From: Acutalibacteraceae bacterium
GTDB lineage: Bacteria > Bacillota > Clostridia > Oscillospirales > Acutalibacteraceae
Direction of reading: 5' to 3'
Assembly: GCA_045637465.1 (NCBI GenBank)
Contig: JAZTZM010000040.1
Location: 111,399 to 175,398 of the forward strand
Length of the DNA stretch: 64,000 nt
Shown here: positions 55,623 to 64,000 of the stretch, one piece after another
Layout: each line of letters begins with the position of its first letter
Numbering within the stretch: position 1 is the stretch's first letter
The notes under the pieces: model-generated
Told to the model about the DNA's origin: nothing
Databases searched by the model: none
Seen by the model: only the letters and a program-made list of their open reading frames with translations
Position numbers and translations under genes: made by a program

Positions 55623-57674
55623 TTGAAAGCGTATAACGCAAAAGACATTCGTAACATTGCACTTGCTGGCCACGGCGACAGAGGTAAGACAACTCTCGCC
55701 GAAGCTATGCTTTATATTGCCAAGGCAACTGACCGTCTCGGCCGTGTTGCAGACGGTAACACAGTACTTGACTTTGACGCAGAAGAGAAGCGCCGCACAG
55801 CGTCCGTCTCTACTGCTGTTGCTCCGCTCGAATGGGGCGGCTGCAAGATAAATCTTCTCGACACTCCCGGTATGTTCGACTTTGCAGGCGGCATTGCTGA
55901 GGGTATGCGCGCTGCAGAGTGTGCACTTATCGTTGTCGGCGGCAATATGGAAAAATTTGACGTCGGTGCAGAGAAGGCTCTTAAAGCTGCCAATAAGCGC
56001 GGCATCGCAAAGATGTTTGCTGTCACAAGACTTGACACAGAGCAGAACGACTTCTACCGTACGTTCAACACCATCGTTGCTCAGGTCGGTGCTTCCGCCT
56101 GCCCGATGATTGTTCCTCAGATTGTTGACGGCAAAATTGTAAGCTACGTAAACCTTGTCACAAACAAGGCTTATTCATACACATACGGCAATGCAAACGA
56201 GATTGCTATGCCCGATGACGACAGAGTCAATGCCATGAGAGACATTTTCACTGAGGCTGTTGCTTCCGCAGATGATGAACTTATGGAAAAGTTCTTCGAG
56301 GGTGAAGCATTTACTCAGGAAGAAATCGTCAAGGGTCTCAAGCAGGGTATTGTTGACGGTACAGTTGTGCCTGTATTTGCATGCGCAGGCTACACAATGG
56401 ATGCTGTCGATATGCTCCTTGACTGTATTGCAAACTTCGCTCCCGATGCTACAAACGCAGGCGAGGGCGGCGTTGAGTGCGATGAAAACGGTCCGCTTGC
56501 AGCTATCTGCTTCAAGACGGTTGCTGACCCGTTCGTAGGTAAGATGTCCTACTTCAAGGTTATTTCCGGTAAGCTCACATCAGATGTAGCTGCTGTCAAC
56601 TCACGCACAGGCGAGCCTGAGCGTATGGGCAAGCTCGTTACCGTACGCGGCGGCAAGCAGGAAGATGCCGCTTGCATCCCTGCAGGTGATATCGGTGCTG
56701 CAACAAAGCTTGCAAACACAATCACAGGCGATACACTTTATGCACCCAAGAACGAGGTTATTCTTGATCCCGTTTCCTTCCCTGCACCCTGCTTCTCAAT
56801 GGCAGTCAACGTCCGCAAGAAGGGTGAAGAGGAAAAGGTTGCTTCCGGTATGATTCGTCTTTGCGAAGAAGATCCTACCATTATGTTCCAGATAAACAAG
56901 GAAACACGTGAGCAGGTCGTCAGCGGCCTTGGCGAGCAGCACCTTGACGTTGTCAAGTCAAAGCTCAAGTCCAAGTTCGGTGTTGAGGTTGATCTCACTG
57001 TTCCCAGAGTTGCATACAGAGAAACGATCCGCAAGGTTATTGACAAGCAGGGTCGCCATAAGAAGCAGTCCGGCGGTCACGGTCAGTTTGGTGACGTATG
57101 GATTCGTTTTGAGCCGTATATGGGCGAAGAGGATTTCGTATTCACATCTGACGAAGTTGTCGGCGGTGCTGTTCCGAAGAACTTCTTCCCCGCAGTTGAA
57201 AAGGGCCTTCGCGACTGTATCGCAAAGGGTCTTATCGCAGGCTACCCGATGGTAGGCATCAAGGCTGCTCTTCACGACGGTTCTTACCATCCTGTTGACT
57301 CATCCGAAATGGCATTCAAGACTGCTGCCGCTCTTGCGTTCAAGGCTGCTATCCCCGAGGCACAGCCCACAATCCTTGAGCCTGTAGGTCTTCTTAAGGT
57401 ATATATGCCCGAGTCAAAATTCGGTGACATCATGGGTGATATCACAAAGCGCCGCGGTCGCGTTATCGGTATGGGTCCGTCCGATGAGCCTGCTCTTCAG
57501 GAATTTGTTGCTGAAGTTCCCATGGGCGAAATGGGCGATTTCGCAACCGTTCTCCGTCAGGTTACTCAGGGCAGAGGTCACTTCACCTTTGAGTTTGTCC
57601 GCTATGAGGATGCTCCGATGAACGTTCAGCAGAAGGTTATCGAAGACGCAAAGGCAAGAATGGAAGAAGAATAA
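55623..57674 (+). CDS. Elongation factor G family GTPase (EF-G paralog)
   Basis: G1 AGHGDRGKTT, G3 DTPG, five-domain length (683 aa). TTG start behind AGGAGGA. Not located in an str operon context. Confidence 0.88.
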   Translation: MKAYNAKDIRNIALAGHGDRGKTTLAEAMLYIAKATDRLGRVADGNTVLDFDAEEKRRTASVSTAVAPLEWGGCKINLLDTPGMFDFAGGIAEGMRAAECALIVVGGNMEKFDVGAEKALKAANKRGIAKMFAVTRLDTEQNDFYRTFNTIVAQVGASACPMIVPQIVDGKIVSYVNLVTNKAYSYTYGNANEIAMPDDDRVNAMRDIFTEAVASADDELMEKFFEGEAFTQEEIVKGLKQGIVDGTVVPVFACAGYTMDAVDMLLDCIANFAPDATNAGEGGVECDENGPLAAICFKTVADPFVGKMSYFKVISGKLTSDVAAVNSRTGEPERMGKLVTVRGGKQEDAACIPAGDIGAATKLANTITGDTLYAPKNEVILDPVSFPAPCFSMAVNVRKKGEEEKVASGMIRLCEEDPTIMFQINKETREQVVSGLGEQHLDVVKSKLKSKFGVEVDLTVPRVAYRETIRKVIDKQGRHKKQSGGHGQFGDVWIRFEPYMGEEDFVFTSDEVVGGAVPKNFFPAVEKGLRDCIAKGLIAGYPMVGIKAALHDGSYHPVDSSEMAFKTAAALAFKAAIPEAQPTILEPVGLLKVYMPESKFGDIMGDITKRRGRVIGMGPSDEPALQEFVAEVPMGEMGDFATVLRQVTQGRGHFTFEFVRYEDAPMNVQQKVIEDAKARMEEE

Positions 57675-57692
57675 TATTATTGATGGAATTTC

Positions 57693-57726
57693 AGTCGGGC
57701 ACCTCGAAAGGTGCCCGACTTTTTTA
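57693..57726 (+). terminator. Terminator after the EF-G paralog
   Basis: AGTCGGGCACC tcgaaa GGTGCCCGACT followed by TTTTT. Confidence 0.75.
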
Positions 57727-57900
57727 TATAAATATGCTTGCAACAGGGTTGGGTTTTGTGGTAAAATGATCAAAGTGGAGTCGGCGATTGATGGTGGATA
57801 TGTTTCGGTTAACGATGAAATGCCTTGCCGACTGTTTGTGTGCTGACTTATGTGATTGTCAGTTAAGTTAAAGCGAAAAATCAACAAGGAGATAAGCGAA

Positions 57901-58998
57901 ATGATTTGTAGAAAATGCGGAGCAGACATTCCGGATAACAGTACGGTATGCGCTGTTTGCGCTTCAACTATAGTAAAACGTGAACCCGTTTCTCAGCCTG
58001 TGGCGCAGCGCCCCATGGCACAGCGCCCTGTTCAGTCTGCGGTACAGAATTCTGAGATACCCCGTCCTGTAGAGTTCCGTTCCGCACCTATTCAACCTAT
58101 AACACCGCGCCCTATGCCTACTCAGCCTGTGGCACAGCGTCAAGCTCCCACACAGCCTGCGACACAGTGTCAAGCTCCTGCGCAGCCTGTGGCACAACGC
58201 CCTGCGGCACAGCGTCCCACAGCACCGCCCCCTGTAGGGTTCCGCCCTGCGCCTGCTCGCCCTGCACCGGCTCGTCCTGCGGCACCGAAACCTGAGCAGC
58301 CGCGTCCTGAACAAGCAAAGCCTGCAGTGCACAAACCCGAACAGGCACATCCCGAGGCAGTGAAGCCTTCGGCTAAGATTTCCAAGCAGTCACGCCCTGC
58401 AAAAAAGAAGTCTGCGGCACAGCTTTCCAAACAGCTGCGTAAAAAAGTTGTCGGACTTGTGGCACAGGTTAAAAACATACTGAAGTCCGATGATGAAAAG
58501 AAGAAAAAATTTATTTCTCTGGTCGGTGGTATAAGCGCTGCCGTGTTGATTGTTCTTGTTGTTCTCTTCTCTTCGCTTGGAAAATTCTTCGGCAAATTAG
58601 AACTTTACGATACCCTCAGCACCTGCGAATGGGAATGTGAAACAGAGAAGACAAGCGGATATTTCGGCTACAGCTATAACGATACCGAAGAAATACGTTT
58701 CAATTATCCCGAGTTCGGATTCAAAGGAATCGCTACGTTTGATGAAAGCAGATATGAATATAAAATCAAAAGCTCAAAGAAGATTGTAATTGACGGCATA
58801 AAATACAAGGTAAAGTTTAATGACGTCGATGGCGACGGTGTGCACGACGAGATGATATTTGAAGCCTCCGGCAAAGATAAAGAAAACGCAAAATTTGCAA
58901 AAAATTGGGAATGTACAAGCGAATACCACGGCGAGTTCAAAGTTTTTGAAGATACCTGGAGCTTTGTTGTCAAAGGCTGGCAGAATATGTTGAAATAA
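57901..58998 (+). CDS. Zinc-ribbon protein with a Pro/Gln/Ala-rich repeat region, one TM helix and a C-terminal globular domain
   Basis: MICRKCGADIPDNSTVCAVCAS zinc ribbon. (P)VAQRP / PTQP / APARP repeats. TM helix ISLVGGISAAVLIVLVVLFSSL. ATG 57901 sits behind AAGGAG. Confidence 0.78.
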   Translation: MICRKCGADIPDNSTVCAVCASTIVKREPVSQPVAQRPMAQRPVQSAVQNSEIPRPVEFRSAPIQPITPRPMPTQPVAQRQAPTQPATQCQAPAQPVAQRPAAQRPTAPPPVGFRPAPARPAPARPAAPKPEQPRPEQAKPAVHKPEQAHPEAVKPSAKISKQSRPAKKKSAAQLSKQLRKKVVGLVAQVKNILKSDDEKKKKFISLVGGISAAVLIVLVVLFSSLGKFFGKLELYDTLSTCEWECETEKTSGYFGYSYNDTEEIRFNYPEFGFKGIATFDESRYEYKIKSSKKIVIDGIKYKVKFNDVDGDGVHDEMIFEASGKDKENAKFAKNWECTSEYHGEFKVFEDTWSFVVKGWQNMLK

Positions 58999-59003
58999 AA
59001 ATT

Positions 59004-59043
59004 CCTCCTATGATAGTTTTTCTACCATAGGAGGTTATTTTTT
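59004..59043. terminator. Bidirectional terminator between the zinc-ribbon gene and the B12 uptake operon
   Basis: CCTCCTATG ... CATAGGAGG followed by TTATTTTTT, with an A-run upstream. Confidence 0.6.
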
Positions 59044-59045
59044 GC

Positions 59046-59558
59046 TTATATTCTGTTTTTGTTTGCTCTTCTGAGTATTGCAATCAGCGGACATATCAGA
59101 AGTCCGCAACAAAGGTTACTGACCGCGTGAGTAACGTCAAAAGGCAGACCTGCGACAATCCATGCAATCATACCCTTGAAATTCAGACCGAAAAGAAGAG
59201 CCTGGGCAGGGGCGTAGAGTATGCCGTAAAACAGACCGTGTGCCGCGCAGACAAGCGAATAGACAACGGGTCTTATTTTTTTTGGCATATTTTTCGGCAG
59301 TAACATAACTGCACCCCAGAGCACGGTCCATATGTACAGGTATGGTATCCACCAGGTTGCAAATCCGTTGAGCAGACCTGTGACAAACACAAAAATATAC
59401 AGCGGATATAGCGCTTTTTGCCTGTAAACAACGGTTATCGCCACGATAAACGTGCCTATGAGATGGATATTCGGCAGCAGGTCCATCAGTATTTTTGAGG
59501 CGTACATCATTGCGCCCAGCATACTGAAAACTGCTGTTTCGCGAAGTTTCAGCTTCAT
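59046..59558 (-). CDS. Small polytopic membrane protein, probable ECF-type S component (CbrT-like candidate)
   Basis: 170 aa with 5-6 TM segments. The start overlaps the stop of the DUF4430 gene, and the gene lies under a cobalamin riboswitch. The family call is inferential. Confidence 0.5.
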   Translation of the reverse strand: MKLKLRETAVFSMLGAMMYASKILMDLLPNIHLIGTFIVAITVVYRQKALYPLYIFVFVTGLLNGFATWWIPYLYIWTVLWGAVMLLPKNMPKKIRPVVYSLVCAAHGLFYGILYAPAQALLFGLNFKGMIAWIVAGLPFDVTHAVSNLCCGLLICPLIAILRRANKNRI

Positions 59559-60004
59559 TTCTGTGCCCTTAATGAATACACGGCGCCTGCGGTTATGTCG
59601 GTTACGTCAACGCCTGTGGGCGCCATTTCACCGTTGATGTAAAATGCCCAGTACATACCGTGCGTGTCGTAATCAACCGTAATGCCGTTTACTGTTTTGA
59701 CATAGAGACCGTAAGGACCTTCTTCACCCTGAATCAGATTAAGCTCCTGAAGCGCTTCACCGACGATCTTTTTGTCGGTGCTGATTTCAAAGGCGGTTTC
59801 GTTTCCGTCAGGGTCTGTTACCGTGAACGTGAATTTTGTTGCACCCTCACCAATCGGTGTTGCATCCTGAGTGGAGGATGTTGCCTCGGCAGTCTGAGGG
59901 GTTTCGGGTGTGTTGTTACAGCCGAATGTAAACAGTGCTACAGCCGCAATGAGCACGGTACAAACAGCAGCACGCAACACTTTTTTTGCAAGTGTTCTCT
60001 GCAT
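59555..60004 (-). CDS. DUF4430 (transcobalamin-like) lipoprotein, probable extracellular cobalamin-binding protein
   Basis: ATG 60004 behind AAGGAG. Lipobox LFTFGC. ...YGLYVKTVNGI......YWAFYINGE... is typical of DUF4430. The 24-aa extension in the track lies inside the riboswitch. Confidence 0.75.
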   Translation of the reverse strand: MQRTLAKKVLRAAVCTVLIAAVALFTFGCNNTPETPQTAEATSSTQDATPIGEGATKFTFTVTDPDGNETAFEISTDKKIVGEALQELNLIQGEEGPYGLYVKTVNGITVDYDTHGMYWAFYINGEMAPTGVDVTDITAGAVYSLRAQK

Positions 60005-60069
60005 AGTTTGTTTTCTCCTTATTTTTTTATGTTTTGTCCCTCTTCTGCCGGCACTCGCGGCGTTTTGCT

Positions 60070-60245
60070 CGGGCAATTGTCATCCGGGTATTTCGACTGC
60101 GGTGCGTGCTTATTTCACCTTCTCAAGATTATTCTCAATGGCTTGTCCCCGATTTGCGGCATCGGGCAGAAAAAAGCAAAAAACGTTGCACCTCACGGCG
60201 ACGGGCTCGTGCAGGAGTTTCACCTGCTTCCCCGACAATGACCTA
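60070..60245 (-). promoter_or_regulatory. Cobalamin (B12) riboswitch
   Basis: Minus strand reads GGTCATTGTCGGGGAAGCAGGTGAAACTCCTGCACGAGCCCGTCGCCGTGAGG...AGTCGAAATACCCGGATGACAAT. This matches the conserved GGGAA-N3-GGTGAAA.TCC...CCCG.C.C.GT core. The 5' ATTGTCGGGG can pair with the 3' CCCG-GAT-GACAAT. Confidence 0.7.
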
Positions 60246-60248
60246 TTG

Positions 60249-60277
60249 ATTATAGCATATTGTTTTGTTTTCGACAA
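60249..60277 (-). promoter_or_regulatory. Sigma-A type promoter driving the riboswitch operon
   Basis: Minus strand: TTGTCG (60277-60272), 17 nt, TATAAT (60254-60249) with an upstream TGC. Confidence 0.55.
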
Positions 60278-60395
60278 TATTATGCAAAACATCGCAATTA
60301 TAAAAATTTTTAAAAAAATTATGCTCCAGATAGTGACAAATCGTTTTATATATATTATTATATATAAGATATAAAAGAATGCGGAGGCGTTTTCT

Positions 60396-62084
60396 GTGTT
60401 GAATTTATTTAAAATCATTATGGCTATCGTAACTGCCTTTTCAGGTCTGGGTTCTCACATCAGTTTTGCGACATTTGAAGAACTTTTTACGGATTCTTTA
60501 TCTCTTGTCATTTCACGCTCGGATTTCCTTGAAGATATGGGCGATGAGAGTGTTGTGGCGGTTGACGAAAACTACGGATACGCTCAGAATACCGTGTTGC
60601 TGTTTTTTGCCGAGGATGCAGGCTTTTTCAAAAAACTCAATGCTCTGCACGAAACAGGCGGTGTCACTGTGGGCAGTATGCCCGAAATGAATCTCTGCGT
60701 TATAAAAACTCCGCATATGAGCTTAGATGAACTTAATGCTTATTGCGAAAAGATGATGGAGCACGATGCGGTTGCACTGGCAACAATATGCCCTGCACAC
60801 AGACTCGAAGAGCAGTATACACCTGACGATCCGTTTACCGAGTACGATTGGTACACGGAGGAGTGGAACGAAGAAAGCCCCTACGGCAACAACTGGTGGC
60901 TCGAGGCTATTGACGCACGCGGTGCATGGGGTTATGACAGCCTTTATGAACAGATTGATATCGGCGTTGTTGACGGCGGATTCGAACTTGATCACGATGA
61001 CCTCAAGGGCAAAATTACTTTCCCGAACAGGTTTGAAGAATCGCGCAACCGCTCCGACAGCCACGGCACGCACGTTGCGGGAATTATCAGCGCAAAGGCT
61101 GATAACGGTGTCGGCATAAGCGGAATCTGTCAGGATGCGGAGCTTATCTGCGTTGATTGGACTCCGTCTGACGATCAGATCTGGTTTCCCGATGCTGCCG
61201 TTCTTTTCGGACTCGGTAAGGTTGTTAAGGCAGGGGCGAAGGTTGTCAATTTATCCGTCGGCATGTCTAATTCCATCTCATCGGGTGACAACGAATTCTC
61301 CTCAATTGTCAATTTCTTTGATGCAATGATTTATTCATACTCAATGGGTTCATTACTGAGCAAGGGTTATGATTTTGTTGTTGTTCAGTCCGCCGGCAAC
61401 GGAAACGAAGACGGCTATGCCGTATCCGCTTCACAGAACGGTCTTTTCTGCGGCATCAGAGATTTCGGTGCTTTCCTTCCATTTATCGGTGTTGACAAGC
61501 AGGATCTTCTTGACAGAATTATCATTGTCGGCAGTGCAGGTGTTGAAGTAGGCGGCTACGTTCAGGCAAACTCATCAAACGTAGGCAATGCGGTCGATAT
61601 ATGTGCTCCCGGTATAACGGTTTACAGCAGTGTTACCGACAACAGCTACGGCGCAAAATCGGGCACTTCAATGGCGGCTCCGATGGTTACAGGTGTGGCA
61701 TCACTTGTGTGGGCGGTCAATCCCGACCTTACCGCTCCTGAGGTAAAGAAGATTGTATGTGAAAACACAAAGGATTTTGCAGAACCTTCACCTGAAAAAT
61801 ATTTTAGCGACGTAGGTCACCAAAGGTATCCGATGGTCAATGCCAAGCTTGCTGTTGAAGCGGCGCTTGTGCAGAAAGGTAACGTTGCCTCTGTCGCGTT
61901 CAGCGGCTATTCAAAAGAAGCGGTAACCTTTACGGATGACAGCGGCACGGAGTTTATGTTCGAAACAAACGAACAGGGTGAGCTCAGCTGTGTTCTGCCG
62001 CTTGGCAATTACAGCGTAGTGTCGCAAGGTATAGATAAAAACATAGAAATCAATGAGAATATAAACATCACAGTCGGAGGATAA
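60396..62084 (+). CDS. S8 (subtilisin) family serine peptidase with an N-terminal anchor/propeptide and a C-terminal beta-rich extension
   Basis: Catalytic triad contexts VVDGGF (Asp), DSHGTHVAGII (His), GTSMAAPMVTG (Ser). GTG 60396 lies 8 nt after GGAGG. Confidence 0.88.
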   Translation: MLNLFKIIMAIVTAFSGLGSHISFATFEELFTDSLSLVISRSDFLEDMGDESVVAVDENYGYAQNTVLLFFAEDAGFFKKLNALHETGGVTVGSMPEMNLCVIKTPHMSLDELNAYCEKMMEHDAVALATICPAHRLEEQYTPDDPFTEYDWYTEEWNEESPYGNNWWLEAIDARGAWGYDSLYEQIDIGVVDGGFELDHDDLKGKITFPNRFEESRNRSDSHGTHVAGIISAKADNGVGISGICQDAELICVDWTPSDDQIWFPDAAVLFGLGKVVKAGAKVVNLSVGMSNSISSGDNEFSSIVNFFDAMIYSYSMGSLLSKGYDFVVVQSAGNGNEDGYAVSASQNGLFCGIRDFGAFLPFIGVDKQDLLDRIIIVGSAGVEVGGYVQANSSNVGNAVDICAPGITVYSSVTDNSYGAKSGTSMAAPMVTGVASLVWAVNPDLTAPEVKKIVCENTKDFAEPSPEKYFSDVGHQRYPMVNAKLAVEAALVQKGNVASVAFSGYSKEAVTFTDDSGTEFMFETNEQGELSCVLPLGNYSVVSQGIDKNIEINENINITVGG

Positions 62085-62086
62085 GA

Positions 62087-63256
62087 ATGGAACCCGGTAT
62101 TGTTGCGGCAAAGCTGATGGCTTACGTAATTGACGGTGTTGATCTGCAGACACAAACCGATATGAGTATAGATCACGATGCTCTTTTCGGGTTTGCCAAA
62201 TCACACAGTATAGATAACGTTGTCGGCTTGGCTCTGGAAAAACTGAATATGATGCCGCCGCAATACAGACAGGCTTATTCAAGATCCTACAAGATATCTC
62301 TTATGCGTGAAGCAACGCAGGAGATTGAAACACAGGAGATTTGTGCTGAGCTTGAGCGGCTCGGTATAAAATATATGCTGCTCAAAGGCAGCGTGATGAA
62401 GCACCTTTATCCCACACCCGACCTTCGCTCAATGTGCGATGTTGATATTCTTTATGATACGGCGTTTGCCGATAAGCTTACTCCGCTTATGGAGGAACAC
62501 GGCTATGAGCTCTTTGAAGCGTCAGGCACGGGCGACATAAATCTTTCTTATATCAAAAAACCGTTTATGAATATCGAGTTTCACGGTGTGCTGATTGACA
62601 AGGACGTTCCGCTTTACAATGCTTACTTCGGTGAGAATTTTGAGCACACGGTGCCCGATGAAGGCTTCAGGGTAAAATACCCCGATGAGGATTTTTTTGT
62701 GTTTATGATGGCGCACCTTGCCAAGCATTATTTTAACGGCGGTACGGGTCTGAGGTCGCTTGCGGATATATGGCTCTACCTACGTAAAAAGCCGCAGCTG
62801 AATATGACAGCGATAAAAGCAAAGCTCAGACAAATCGAGCTGGATGAATTCACCGACATAATTATCGGTGTCAACGGTGTGCTGTTTGACGGCAACGAGC
62901 CGACGGCTCAGCAAAGCGAAGTGATCGACTATATTTTTCACAGCGGCACTTACGGCACGGTTGACCAGAAGTCAGAGAATAATATGCAAGGCAAAAGCAA
63001 AGTCGGATTTTTGTTTCAGCGTCTTTTCCCTGACAGAGATTTTATGGCGATAAACTATCCTGCCGTCAGAAAATGTGTTTTACTGTTGCCGTTTTTCTGG
63101 ACTATAAGACTTGTGAAAATCTTGGTAAGAAAAGATTACAAGGGCAGTGACGTCAGTATGGTAATGAGTCTGGATGCTTCACAGCTTGATGCGAGAAGAA
63201 TTCCCGGCAAGCCTGAGGTGGATTATAACTATAACAACCGAAAGGAAGATAAATAA
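62087..63256 (+). CDS. Uncharacterised nucleotidyltransferase family protein (PF14907-like)
   Basis: ...YMLLKGSVMKHLYPTPDLRSMCDVDILY... matches the family N-terminal signature as I recall it. Starts 2 nt after the S8 stop, behind GGAGGA. Confidence 0.7.
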   Translation: MEPGIVAAKLMAYVIDGVDLQTQTDMSIDHDALFGFAKSHSIDNVVGLALEKLNMMPPQYRQAYSRSYKISLMREATQEIETQEICAELERLGIKYMLLKGSVMKHLYPTPDLRSMCDVDILYDTAFADKLTPLMEEHGYELFEASGTGDINLSYIKKPFMNIEFHGVLIDKDVPLYNAYFGENFEHTVPDEGFRVKYPDEDFFVFMMAHLAKHYFNGGTGLRSLADIWLYLRKKPQLNMTAIKAKLRQIELDEFTDIIIGVNGVLFDGNEPTAQQSEVIDYIFHSGTYGTVDQKSENNMQGKSKVGFLFQRLFPDRDFMAINYPAVRKCVLLLPFFWTIRLVKILVRKDYKGSDVSMVMSLDASQLDARRIPGKPEVDYNYNNRKEDK

Positions 63257-63604
63257 ATGATCAGAAGAGCAGAAGAAATGAAGAGCGCAGTAAAAGTAAA
63301 TATGCGCGAGGGTGACGGTCAGGTTGTCGTCACAAATATGCTTGAAGCAGGCGAGTATAAAGGCAAGTCAAGGCTTCTTGCAACGCTTACCCTCGAGCCG
63401 GGTTGCTCAATCGGTGAGCACGTGCACGAGAATGAAGAAGAGATTTTTTACGTTGTTGAGGGCGAAGCTCAGTATTACGACGACGGTGAGTGGGTCACAC
63501 TTAATAAGGGTGACAGCTGCCTTTGCCTTGGCGGTCAGAAGCACTCAATCGCAAACCGCAGCGACAAGACACTTGTTGTTGTCGCAGTAATTCTCACATA
63601 CTAA
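63257..63604 (+). CDS. Cupin domain protein
   Basis: 115 aa, G.H.H...EE (GEHVHENEEEIFYVVEG) and G...H...N cupin motifs. The start abuts the upstream stop. Confidence 0.8.
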   Translation: MIRRAEEMKSAVKVNMREGDGQVVVTNMLEAGEYKGKSRLLATLTLEPGCSIGEHVHENEEEIFYVVEGEAQYYDDGEWVTLNKGDSCLCLGGQKHSIANRSDKTLVVVAVILTY

Positions 63605-63634
63605 GTAAACTATTCTGAAAGGAATCTGAATAAA

Positions 63635-64000
63635 ATGCAGTGGACAGGTCTTAACGAATTAAGAGAAAAATATCTCGCTTTTTTTGAATCAAAAGAGCAC
63701 CTGAGGATGCCGAGCTTCTCGCTTGTTCCTCAGGGTGACAAGAGCATCCTGCTCATCAACGCAGGTATGACTCCTATGAAAAAATATTTCACAGGTGAGG
63801 TAACTCCCCCCAGCAAGAGAGTTACAACCTGCCAGAAATGTATCCGTACACCCGACATCGAAAACGTCGGCAAAACAGCACGTCACGGCACATACTTTGA
63901 AATGCTCGGCAACTTCTCATTCGGCGATTACTTCAAGCGTGAGGCAACAGCCTGGGCTTGGGAATTCTTCACCAAGGTGCTTGAGATTCCCGAAGAGCTT
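63635..64000 (+). CDS. alaS: Alanine--tRNA ligase, 5' part (runs off the right edge)
   Basis: [40 protein letters not shown]...K.YF.G......[32 protein letters not shown] is the canonical AlaRS N-terminus. Confidence 0.93.
   Translation, partial: MQWTGLNELREKYLAFFESKEHLRMPSFSLVPQGDKSILLINAGMTPMKKYFTGEVTPPSKRVTTCQKCIRTPDIENVGKTARHGTYFEMLGNFSFGDYFKREATAWAWEFFTKVLEIPEEL

Noticed and set aside
59660-60374. Plus-strand ORFs of 193 and 154 aa spanning the DUF4430 gene and the riboswitch region
   Set aside because: They are antisense to a lipoprotein gene with RBS and lipobox, and they run through a structured RNA leader. Their composition is not protein-like.
63605-63634. T-box leader expected upstream of alaS
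   Set aside because: Only 30 nt separate the cupin stop from the alaS ATG, which is too short for a T-box. alaS appears co-transcribed or uses a promoter inside the upstream operon.

Overview
A 64 kb chromosomal segment, about 50% GC by eye, that looks like a Clostridia-type Firmicute. This is inferred from protein similarities, for example a glutamate dehydrogenase close to the Clostridium symbiosum enzyme, from AGGAGG ribosome-binding sites, and from frequent TTG/GTG starts. All family calls rest on my recognition of sequence signatures. No database search was run.

Contents, left to right:
- A strongly AT-rich island (about 200-2760) carrying one large gene. It encodes a protein with repeated winged-helix modules and a FokI-like PD-(D/E)XK cleavage domain.
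- A heterodimeric ABC exporter pair.
- A stand-alone GMP synthase ATP-pyrophosphatase subunit.
- A mannoside/N-glycan utilisation neighbourhood with two GH38, GH42, GH125, GH92 and DUF4838 genes plus ribokinase and an rpe-like epimerase, interrupted by upp and a uracil permease.
- LOG, an O-antigen-ligase-like protein, RecD2 and DUF4364.
- araB, DUF1624, zapA and a U32 peptidase.
- DUF896, two sugar-phosphate isomerase TIM barrels, a bacterial GH3-family adenylating enzyme, and divergent gdhA / glnN (type III GS).
- A low-GC secreted-protein cassette bracketed by about 130 bp direct repeats.
- The rpmH-rnpA-yidD-yidC-jag cluster, without dnaA.
- RadC, rlmD, VanZ, an orphan family-5 SBP, an EF-G paralog and a zinc-ribbon/proline-repeat protein.
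- A cobalamin-riboswitch-controlled DUF4430 lipoprotein with a small membrane (S-component-like) pair.
- An S8 peptidase / PF14907 nucleotidyltransferase / cupin operon, and the 5' end of alaS.

I found no rRNA, tRNA, CRISPR array, transposase or integrase.

The most unusual signal is non-coding. Two related composite intergenic elements (31892-32138 and 37147-37418) are each built from eight copies of a 7-mer (ATGATTT / AAATCAT) in two inverted arms. Each 7-mer abuts a small G...C-clamped hairpin, and the hairpin sequences differ between the two copies while pairing is kept. I cannot assign this architecture to any class I know.

Hairpin and motif coordinates are hand-counted and may be off by 1-2 nt.
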